Shown: positions 53,745 through 64,000 of the stretch, one piece after another | Layout of the letters: the number at the start of each line of letters is the position of its first letter | How positions within the stretch are numbered: the first letter of the stretch is position 1 | Program-made: the position numbers and the translations under genes | From: the human T2T-CHM13v2.0 reference genome, Homo sapiens | Assembly (NCBI RefSeq): GCF_009914755.1 | Contig: NC_060937.1 | Length of the DNA stretch: 64,000 bases | Reading direction: 5' to 3' (one strand) | Notes under the pieces: generated by a model | The model's input: the letters and a program-made list of their open reading frames with translations, nothing else | The model's database searches: none | Told to the model about the DNA's origin: nothing

Positions 53745-54086
53745 CAGTAATCCCCCTTTATTTGAGGTTTTGTTTTCTGCAGTTTCAGTTTCTTATAGCT
53801 AATCATGGTCCGAAAATATTCCATACGATAAGATATTTTGAGAGAGCAAGACAGAAATCACATTCACACAACTTTTATTGAAGTATATTGTTATAATTGT
53901 TCTATTTTATTATTAGTTATTGCTGTTAATCACTTACTATGCCTAATTTATACATTAAACCTTACCATAGCCATGTGTATACAAGAAAAAAATGTAGTAT
54001 ACATAGGGTTTGGTGCTCTCTGCAGTTTCAGGCATCCACCAAGGGTCTTGCAATGTATATCCTCTGTGGATAAGGAGAGATTACTA
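53745..54086. mobile_element. MER44A (Tigger7-derived) MITE
   Basis: cagtaatcccccttta..atggtccgaaaatatt..cagtttcaggcatcca..ggataaggagagattacta. Confidence 0.88.
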
Positions 54087-54150
54087 TATGTATCTTATGG
54101 TCTTATATCCTATATAAGTCACAGATAGGAAGTAAAGCATTTACAAGCAC

Positions 54151-54309
54151 CAGGGCCAGCTACATAATTTTTGAGGGCCAATTCAAAATGAAAAATGTAG
54201 AGCCCTTGTTCAACAATTATTAGGAATTTGAAGATGGCAACCATAGGATATTAAAGTGTGGGGCCCTTCCATGCACTGCATGGGTTGCAGGCCCATTAAA
54301 CCATCCGTG
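54151..54309. mobile_element. MER45A hAT-Tip100 element
   Basis: cagggccagctacataattt..ggcccattaaaccatccgtg; candidate 8-bp TSD acaagcac/gtaagcac. Confidence 0.85.
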
Positions 54310-55429
54310 GTAAGCACAACACCTGGTGAAGTGTTAGATACATAATTAACTTTCAGTAAACACTTACTGCTTCACTAATGAAAACATGCATAACCTTTTT
54401 TTGGTGAAATCTTCACAGCCACTCCAGGCCTCTTGGTCTGGATCCTACAAGTACTAAACATAGCCCTTTTTTCTTCGTTTCGTTCATGTATATATGGGAC
54501 TCAAAATAACTAACCTAGAAGCAAAACAAATTTGTCAATTATTTTTTAATTTTGGAACACTGATTCAAAGTTTTATTTTCACAAATAATTATAACAAAAG
54601 ATATCTTCCCAGATGACTCAATTGACATTCTTAACTTTTTACCCTTAAGTTCTCTCTATTCTAGGGAGAACAGTACTGTGATAAATCGTATTTCATTATC
54701 TGCCAGAAAGAATTGATTAATTTTACCAAGCCAGTGCCTGCCCCCACAGAGCTGTGTCCTGAAAATTATGCCCTTTGGGTTTATAATAGCAGCAGATGAT
54801 GAGTTAAGATGTTTGTTTAAGGTGTTTGCCTCAGTGAATCATATTTTATTAAATGCAAATATTCTCACCTCTACCATACATTTTGTAAGCTTCCTTACTC
54901 TTGCACGCATAAGGCTCTTATACTTTTCTTTTTTTCAAATCATGATTCAAAGAGCAGAGAGAAAAATCTAACAAATGAAGCAGATGCATCCACAACCATT
55001 TCCTCATCTGTTCACTCTTCCTTCAAAGATAAGAGTGTTTAAAAATCCCTTTAGGCTTTCAGTTTATTTCGGATCTTTGTGTTTTCAATCACTGACAGAG
55101 GTAGATTGGCATATGTCCTTGGTGTTCATAGACACAGTTAAAGTTTTCTACTTTTGCTGTATACAGTTAAGGTTTCTAATGTGCTGTGGCCATTTACATG
55201 TCTTATTAGCATGTTGACATATATTTTTAACAAGACTTGGTATTCTCAGTAATTGCCATTCACTTTCCTGAGCACCTGTATACCAGAGCTCATCAGATTC
55301 ATCATTTAGTTAGGCCATTTGGAATTGAACTGTGATGAAGTCTTATGCAGCAGACAAGAAGACATGTAAAGAGTATGGCCATTCATCAGAAAACAGCAGT
55401 ACTATCTAAGGAGCCATGCACAAGACTAG

Positions 55430-56345
55430 GGTGTCAGCTAGAATATTCTGCACTTCAGTTTAAAAAAACCAACTCAAACTGGCTTTCATAATTGTATTAG
55501 TCCATATTCACACTGCTGATAAACGCATACCTGAGACTGGGTAATTTATATGGAAAAAGAGGTTTGAGTGACTCACAGTTCCACATGGCTGGGGGCCTCA
55601 CAATCATGATGAAGGCAAGGAGGAGCAAAGGCATGTCTTACATGGCGGCAGGCAAGAGAAGAATGGGAGCCAAGCAAAAGGGGAAACCACTCATAAAACC
55701 GTCAGATCTCATAAGACTTATTCACTACTACAAGGACGGTATGGGAGAAACCACCCCCATGATTCAATTATTTCCCACTGGCTCCCTCCCACAACACATG
55801 GGAATTATGGGAGCTTTAATTCAAGATGAGATTTGGGTGGGGACACAGCCAAACCATATCAATACTGAAAGAAATTTATTGCCTCTCAAAACTGAGGAGT
55901 CAAGAGAGAAAGTAAGCTGCCGGTGAAGCTGGATTCAGTGGCTCAGCAGTGTCACCTGGAACCAGAGTCACTGCACCTCTGCTCTGCTTTGTAGGAGGTG
56001 GTCTCTCCCTGAGACTGGCCACCTTGGGGTTGCAAGCTGGCTGCCAGCAGTATCTGAGGCTAGCTGCTTCCTCATTCATGTCCAGCAGGAAACACAGTCT
56101 TGTTAAATTGCTCCTTGAGAACCAATCAGCTGCTTTGCAAGGATCCCTCAGCAAACGTTTCTTCTCATCTTTCTGTCTCAGAATGGGACTGCGCCCAGCC
56201 CTGTGACACACTCAGTGGCTGGGGCTTGAGTGTGTTGTTGGCTGGCTCACAACAGTGAGGGCTACCCTGGCACCTGAAGAATCAGTGTCACCCAAGCTGC
56301 TCTGCCTGGAAATCCAGGGTTCTGTTAGTAAGCGAAAGGAGGGAA
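55430..56345 (-). mobile_element. MLT1 (MLT1K-like) LTR interrupted by THE1
   Basis: aaccaactcaaactggctt before the THE1 and gaaatttattgcctc..ctggattcagtggctcagcagtgtcacc after it are contiguous MLT1-like sequence. Confidence 0.7.
55493..55861 (-). mobile_element. THE1 (THE1C-like) solo LTR
   Basis: tgtattagtccatattcacactgctgataa ... gggacacagccaaaccatatca; TSD ataat/atact. Confidence 0.95.
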
Positions 56346-56909
56346 TGGAGAGGAGATGACTGCCATTTTTAGTTTCTCTTTTTAGTCATCTACTTGGATG
56401 TTAGGAAACTTAAGAATTTAGGAATTTGGGTCAAATTTTTTTCTCCTACATCTGTTATCTAGTTTTTTTTCTTCTGCATTTTCAGTTAGACAGCTGGACA
56501 TTGAGCAAATATATGTTGTGATTCTTCATTTGTTCAGGAAGTAGTTCATTTTATGGATAGTTTAAGTAAGTTAAATTCAGTATTAAAACCACTCATATTT
56601 AATTTTCTTTAATGACACCATGGACATGGACAATAAGGGTTACATGTTGGGGTACAGAGACCAGAGTCGTCCAAGAAATAGCCTCTTTCACCTTTGGTTG
56701 TTTCTCTCAGGATAGAAATAGCTCACCATGAAGCTTATTTCTGGAGTGAGAATTTTTTAAAACCTTTTATTTTCTTCCAAATAAATTTAAGATGATCTGA
56801 ATCATTATTTTTCTCACCATCTATTTATGACTTAACTAAAGCTACTGTATATAAAATATTGTGCCAGTATTGATGGGAGACATCAGTTTTCTTTTGTGCT
56901 AACCACTTT

Positions 56910-57265
56910 TTTGTTAATTTTTATTATGGGAATTTTTAATCATATGCAAAAATAGGTGGAACAGTATCTGGCGAACTCCTATTTTCTTATTATCCTGTTT
57001 TGATAATTATCTACAGTCGTGCTGGCCAGTTTTGTTTCATCTCCATCCCCCTACTTCCTTCCACCTCCACCTCCCTTGACTCCCTGTAGGACTTTTTTCA
57101 AGCAAGTCTCAGACATTATATCATTTTTCCCCTAAATTCTCATGTATGTATCTCCAAGAAATAGAAACTCTTTTTAAAAAAACAATAACCAAAATACCAT
57201 CATCACATCTTTAAAACATTTTTAAAAATAATCCCTTAGTCAAATCCACAATAAGTGTTCAAATT
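56910..57265 (-). mobile_element. Old L1M 3' end
   Basis: ttttattatgggaatttttaatcatatgcaaaaatag ... aaccaaaataccatcatcaca..gtgttcaaattt. Confidence 0.65.
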
Positions 57266-57494
57266 TTATGGGAGGTATTTTTAAAAGGTAGCTTTATTCC
57301 CTATACTTGACTTGATAATCTAGTTCAGAGGGATGAGAATTACATTCACAAAAGGATTAGAAAAGTTATATTCCAATCAAGCACTAGATTGCCAAGTAGC
57401 AATGCAACTGCTCTGCAAGGTCACTGAAGGGCTGGGTGGTTCAAGAGAGCCCTTGGAGAAAATGGCAGGACTACAGTGCAACTTCACACCGAGC

Positions 57495-57610
57495 CTTGGA
57501 AAGGCATTGCATAATCTTAATTTTCTTAAAATTGGAGGCAGGATTTAGGACACTTGGAAAGGCATTACATAATCTTAATTTTCTTAAAACTAGAGGCAGG
57601 ACTTAGGACA
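57495..57610. repeat. 58-bp tandem duplication (2 copies, 54/58 identical)
   Basis: 57495-57552 aligned by eye against 57553-57610; four transitions. Confidence 0.95.
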
Positions 57611-58682
57611 ATCAGATACAGTATAGATGACTAGATAAAAATGAGAATAAATATGCAGTGTGTAGAGGGTGTTGGGAGAGTGATCTGACCAGTGATTGAG
57701 TGTGAAGCAATTACAGTACTTAAATTTGCAAGAAAGATATTAACTCTTATCTATGAGATGCCACATGAAAAGCAGAGAAACAAAGAAGAAAAATAAAGCA
57801 CTTACAAGACTTTAGATCACTGACCACCTGGTTGGAGCCTTAACTTCATCACATACCAACATGTGAACTTGAAAAAACAGCTTGACAACTTTGAATACTC
57901 GTTTTATATTATCTATAAAACTGTATCTATTGAAATAATGTCATTAGTCCTGTGTTACTTACATAGCACATTCCCAGTAATAAGCTACTTAATATTGGGA
58001 TACAACTTTGTAGTTTGCACATTACTTCCAGACTCATCACCTTTATTTTTTTTCTTTGTACCCAGCGAGGTAGATCTCATTATCCCAATTTCCAAATGAG
58101 AAAACTCAGGCCTCAAGAGTGATTTGTCACTGTCACATACAAGTTATAATTGAAAGGTATTGTTATTGTTATTCTTGTATGATTAAGCAAACAGTCTAGA
58201 GAAAGCAAAATACTGACATACATCTCTGGATAGAAGACTTTCCACAATGTGAAAGTGTAACAAGCAGTAAAGAACCACGTGAAAGTCACATCCAGTTAAA
58301 TTTTCTGATTCAGGGTTTTAAAATGGCTATTAGTGCAAAATAAATCTTACAGTCCTTATACTGAGATCTTCCTCTTCCTGGGATAATAATTGGGATGATT
58401 TCTACAGTGATAGAGCGGATAACAGGGATAGAATAACTTAAAGAATCTCATCATAACTATTATCTCTCACTCTGCTACCTATGGACAGGGCAAAATTCCT
58501 CCAAATGAAGTGAAAATAAATTGATTTTTTTTTTACAAAATAAACTAACTAGGGATTTCTGGAAATATAGTGAAACATAGAATTTAGTAGCATTTAATAA
58601 TTCTATTTTAATATAGATAGGATTTAGAGTTTAAATAAATTAACACCATTGCCATTCTGTTCTTCAAAGTTGTATTCATGAA

Positions 58683-59387
58683 AACTAATACTAGCACTAT
58701 GGAACAGAGTGTGGAGATTTTTTAAAGAACTAAAAGTAGAACTACCATTCAATCCAGCATCCCCACTCCTGGGTATCTTCCCAGAGGAAAAAAAGTCACT
58801 ATACAAAAAAGATAGCTGCACATACATGTTTATAGCAGCACAATTCACAATTGCAAAAATATGGAACCAGCCCAAATGCCTATCAGTCAACGAGTGGATA
58901 AAGAAATTGTGATATATGTATGTGTGTGTGTGTGTATATATATATAATGGAATACTATTCATATATATATGTATACATATATGTATACATATATATATAC
59001 ACATATATATATATATATACATAATGGAATACTATTCAGCCATAAAAAGGAATGAATATGGCATTTGCAGTAACCCTGATGGAATTGGAGACTATTATTC
59101 TAAGTGAAGTAACTCAGGAATGGAAAACCAAACATCGTATGTTCTCACTTGTAAGTGGGAGCTAAGCTATGAGGATGCAAAAGCATAAGAATGACACGAT
59201 GGACTTTGGGGACTCAGGGGAAATGGTGGGAGGGGGTGAGGGATAAAAGACTACAAATTGAGTTCACTACATACCGCTTAGGTGATGGGTGCACCAAAAT
59301 CCCACAAATCACCACTAAAGAACTTACTCATATAACCAAATACCACCTCTTCCCCAAAAATCTATGGAAATAAAAATTTTTTTTAAA
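58683..59387 (+). mobile_element. 5'-truncated L1 3' end (L1PB1-like) with internal (TG)/(TA) expansion
   Basis: ORF 58709..58912 gives L1 ORF2p-like WRFFKELKVELPFNPA.PLLGI..MFIAAQFTIAKIWNQPKC; L1PB-type 3'UTR; degenerate TSD ttgtattcatgaa/ttatatccatgaa. Confidence 0.93.
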
Positions 59388-61319
59388 TTATATCCATGAA
59401 TGCTTTTGGGTCTTGCTAGGTATGCTATAGTGCTACAAAGCTAGCATTTATCACTATTTTTACAAAACTAAACTCCAATTATTTGTACTTTAACAATAGT
59501 TTCTTTGACCAAAATTATATATTAGATCAGAATAATATGATTCTGTTGCAGGGGGATAATAGCTACTTGCTTGATCAAATCATCTTCTATTCTTATTTTC
59601 TCCCATAGGGTATAATTGACCTCCTAATAGTAAATTTACAAATACATATTTTGTGTATATGAATTTATTTATTTATACATACAGAAGAGCTTTCAGGAAG
59701 AAAATTTTTCATGTATTCCCAAGTATAAGCTTTAAAAAGTAGGGCACGTTAAATTTCTTCTGCTAATTGATTCTTGGCTACGTTGTACTCTATGATCTAT
59801 GCAAGCAAAATTGATGTGAATGTGAGACCTCCCTGTCGATAATGGGATCCCTACCTGACTCCTAGCACTGGATAATGGAGGAGCCCTTGGTTATCGTCAT
59901 CCCATGTCGAACTTTGTGATTTCACACTTCATAATGCAAGAGTATTACTTTAAAATGCATTAAACTTCTAAAGATAGCAAATAGCCTTTTGGATAATGCA
60001 TTTTAAATAGACTCTAAATTCAGAATTTTAAAAAATGTTCGTATTGTAAGACATCATAATAGCTCTTATATCGCATCCTGTTGCTATGCCCTACTCTCTT
60101 TTCCTAGGCTTTGCCTTCTTCCTCAGAAGATAGCCTGTCGTTGCAAACCCATTCATGTTGCAACCTGAGCCTGAATTCCACTCTCCATAATAGGCCTGCG
60201 CCTCATCCTTTTTCATTTTTAGAAGTCATCTCTCTGTCAGTAGAACTGATTGGGTATTGTTTAATATGGAGAGGTCTTATAAATAGCTTTCCTGGCTAAA
60301 AATTGAACATAGAGATTTCAAATCAGCCCCCTCCCCCTGCACCATACATTATAGCTATCTGTTTTGTAATCTTTTTTATTAGAGAAGATGACAGCACATC
60401 CTGACATAAATCATCACTCATAATAATACAATACATATTTTAATCTCCTCAGAAGCATTAAGCTGTAGTACACTGTTGTCAAAGAATGCTGACATCCAAA
60501 GGACTCATAATAAATATTTGAAACCTGAAAACATTTAGTTTTAAATTTTCATCAAATATGTATTTAGTCCAAATACATTAAAATTCCATAACCAAGTTTA
60601 AGAACTTAATTATGAATTACCTACAATGATCAAAGTTATTTTGGTAAAGTTGATTTCTCAGCTTCAAGTGCTAAATGGAATAAAATGAGCATGGACTTAA
60701 TAGAATAATAAATTAAATAATCATCCATTTGGAAGTTGCTATCTACTTCTTCATAAAATCTAGATTTCATCTCTTTATCGAGAGTTAGGTAAAATTAGAC
60801 TCTAGATGTTTTTTCCATTTATATTATCAGCCAGCCAAATTTTAAATGGTGCATAGTTAATAATGTTATGGAAGTTTGAAGTCTTTCCAAATTTGGTTCA
60901 TTTAATTTCTGACAACTTATGGTCCAAAGTATTTAGAATAAAGAATAGAAATATTTGGAATATTGCCTGGTTGCTTATAGGAGAAAAGCTGTTCTTGTGT
61001 AGTCATAACAGTGTTAAGGGGTGAACAGAGAGAGAGAGTGCAAGAGGGCGTGTCCCAAGTTAAGGTCCCTCTGAATGAAATTTCTGATTTTATTTTAGCT
61101 AAATGATTAACTAAAGATGGACGAGAAGATTCTTCAAAATCTCCTTTTTCACCCTACCTCATTATGTTTAAATGGTCATCTAAGACATTATGGATACTAT
61201 ATTTAAATTCATGAGAACTAGATATCAGTGCTTTTAAACAATGTCTTCATTTTTCAAGCTACATTACAGCAAGGAGAATGAAAAGGAATGTGGAATAGGA
61301 GAGAGTTGAGGACAAAAGA

Positions 61320-61600
61320 GTGTATGGAAGGAGAAGGGTAGGAATTTTCTAGACAAACAAATGTGGAGGGAAGGGAGAGTGTTCCAGGCAGAAGGAACAG
61401 CACGTGCAATCATGGAAATATGAGAAGGGCTGGAAGATTTGAGGAGCTGCAAGTCTTGCTAGAGCAAAATAGCGGGTATGAGGGAAGAGGAAGAGGAAGG
61501 TAACAGAAGACTATCTGTCATATTTAAAGGGCTTTGTAAACTACAGAGGAGTTCTATATCTTAAGTCTTATAAACAGGAAATACCCATTCAAAATTTGAG
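61320..61600 (-). mobile_element. L2 fragment
   Basis: agagtgttccaggcagaaggaacagcacgtgcaa. Confidence 0.7.
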
Positions 61601-61769
61601 TGAAGAAGTTGACTAATAATAGTAATGCCAATTGCTTATTCAATACCTTTTATTTTACTGTCAGTTGTTATCTATTCCATAACAGTTTTATTTATTCTCA
61701 CTATATCATAGGTTACACATAAAATGCTTATATAATATTTAGCTATAGTAAGTGTTTGTACATAAATTA

Positions 61770-61930
61770 TCTTCCAGCCTTACAGCAACTTGCGAGATAG
61801 GCATTATCATCACTGGTTGTCATAGGATGTTCAGAAGATTAAGTGATTTGACCAAGACAACTCAGCCAGTAAATGACAGAGCCAAACGTTGTACTTGGGT
61901 CCCTCTGGCTCCAAAACCTGCCCTCTTTAC
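61770..61930 (-). mobile_element. MIR SINE
   Basis: gagataggcattatcatc..gattaagtgatttgaccaagacaactcagccagtaaatgacagagcc. Confidence 0.75.
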
Positions 61931-62267
61931 ATTCTATGACAACGTCATTCTTGCATTCTATAAACATATATTGTGCCCCTTCTGTGATACTGGATGGAGG
62001 CTTATCACTCTCTGCTATCTCGGAGATTCTATTTGGCTGTCTTTAGGTCAGCGTGCTCACGCATAGATTTGTTGGCTGTTAAAGCAGGGAGAAGACAGCT
62101 TGAGGGAAACAGTCCAGGTGGGGGTGGAGCCCGTAATGTTGGGGGCCAGGGAGGAGACCATAAATGAAACAATATCATCATTCCCCTAATAACATTTTTA
62201 TGTCTTCCAAGTAGTGCTAAGTTCCCAGCATATTCTGGACCTACCTAATAAGTAAATCTTTTCGGGC

Positions 62268-62612
62268 CAGAGCCACATTATGACTTTCATGGGCCCTGGG
62301 CACTTTTGCCTTCATGGGCACCTTCCTCCATGAAAGAAAAAAGTATATATATTTATTATATTTTATCTACATATTTATTTATATGTCCATATATTATAAA
62401 TACATATTTGTATATGCATTTATATATTTATAAATATATATAAAATATATATTATATATAATTATATTTTACAACTGAATTGGAGTAAAGGCGAATATAG
62501 ATGGGATTCATGATTTTACATTAATTATTATATTCATTTTTTATTCTGATTTTAAAAGATTAAAGTGAAAACACTTTCGTGGGCCCTGGGTGCTGTGGGT
62601 AAGTAGGCCCTG
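62268..62612 (-). mobile_element. MER96B-like hAT element with AT-rich expansion
   Basis: cagagccacattatgactttcatgggccctgggcacttttgccttc ... ttcgtgggccctggg..ggccctg. Confidence 0.8.
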
Positions 62613-64000
62613 GTGAAGACTGGAATGTTATGTGTCTCCATATGGTAAAATAATGCAAAGTTAATGCCGGAAGGCATTACCCTCCGTGGGCGTGGGGATA
62701 GAAGTTGGACCAGGGTAAGTTCCACTTATGACAACAGTTTCGTAAGAGGCTTAGGCAAGTGGGAGCCGCTATTAAGGAAGGCAGACTTTAAATTATTACA
62801 CAATTAAATTGTAGTTTTGTCTTTCATGAAGGCTTGAGCAAGTTTACCTTTTTGACAAGCTTATTTACTACAGGATAGGAAACAACGTTTGCAATATCAC
62901 TTTTAAAAGAAAAGCAACAGCTTTCAAGAAATGATTTCCTCTGTTGATGCAGTTGCAATAATTTTCAATATCTCATTTGTGGTGCAGAAAAATGAAATAC
63001 CTCAGCCTTGGAAAATGAACGCAGAGTGAGATCACAAATTGATCTTGGCAGGAAAGAGGCAGGCAAAGGATTTTAAATACTTTAAAGTACTCTGCACCTC
63101 CAAAACACTGTCACTCTGAAAGTACAGTAATCAGGGGTGGTATTTAGAATGCCGAAAGATATACAAGAGATGGAGAAAGCCAATACTAAAATCTTAAAAT
63201 ACTAGAACTCAGAGGGTTAGAGGGTTAACTTCTGGAAGATTAAAAGGACAGTTATTGTGTCTCTGTGAATACTTAATAAGGCCAGAAAACATACCGAGCC
63301 AGAAATAAACAGATGCAAAGAGCATAGAGATGTGACTGACTCTTCCACAACAAATTACAAAGGCATATTAGAAAGCACTGCTACAAAGGAATGAATCCTT
63401 TGTATCCCTTGCGGGATCCTGAGAAACATGCCATTGGGAGAGTGGTTGATTGGGCTAAGGGTCCTGGTTCTTGAATCAGATTCACACTCCCTGGAGATCC
63501 ACAGAGAACGTCACAGAGAGAACACGTGGCTGCAGGAGCCTTATGTGCTGAGCCCACTTTGATGTTGCTGGAGAGTCCTACTCCAGCATCTTCCTATTTT
63601 CTCAGTTCCAGAGAAAATGAAAAAAAATGAACTTTTGCTTTAGAGTGAAGGGAAGTTGGATGAGAAGTGAAGACTGGAAGTTGGGCAGGCGGGACCTCTG
63701 GGGATGAACTTTCACCTGTCACAGTTTCAACTTATTTTGTGGCACAGAGTTGATTAAAAGAGCTTTCCTTTGGCACTGCTACTGTTGGAGGCAAGAAAAG
63801 GAAATGCTAATTTCTGGAAACTAGAATTGCTGCCCCTAAAAGCACAAGAAATAATGAGTGCTCTGAAAGAAAACACAGACAGGCACGTGATCCTCAACCA
63901 GAAAGCAACACACAAGCAATGGCATCAGCAGTTATTGAAATCCTAGCCTCTTTTTCTGATGCCAAGGAAGAGCAGATAAAAATCAACCTATGTTCCTTGG

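Noticed and set aside
53016-55861. Two same-orientation THE1 LTRs about 2.1 kb apart as one provirus
   Set aside because: Each LTR has its own TSD (accag; ataat/atact), and the interval holds MER44A, MER45A and unique DNA rather than THE1 internal sequence. They are independent solo LTRs.
57495-57610. Direct repeat as a CRISPR-like array
   Set aside because: Only two abutting copies with no spacers, in primate DNA.

Overview
This is AT-rich primate (AluY present, so Old World monkey/ape lineage, human-like) non-coding DNA, intronic or intergenic. I find no supportable protein-coding gene, rRNA, tRNA, CpG island or CRISPR array. The supplied ORFs are chance frames or translations of repeats (L1 ORF2p tails, Alu, MaLR LTRs, microsatellites). 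The window is mostly interspersed repeats: six Alus, L1 3' ends, many L2 and MIR relics, MaLR/ERVL/ERV1 solo LTRs and Tigger/hAT DNA-transposon fossils. The best-supported non-obvious signal is a very decayed RTE-clade LINE reverse-transcriptase fossil at about 32.07-33.40 kb (- strand), split by later L2 and L1 insertions. Several unique segments look regulatory or exon-like, but those calls are inference only. I see no evidence of a novel multi-gene system. Subfamily names come from recalled consensus sequences, and boundaries of old repeats are approximate.
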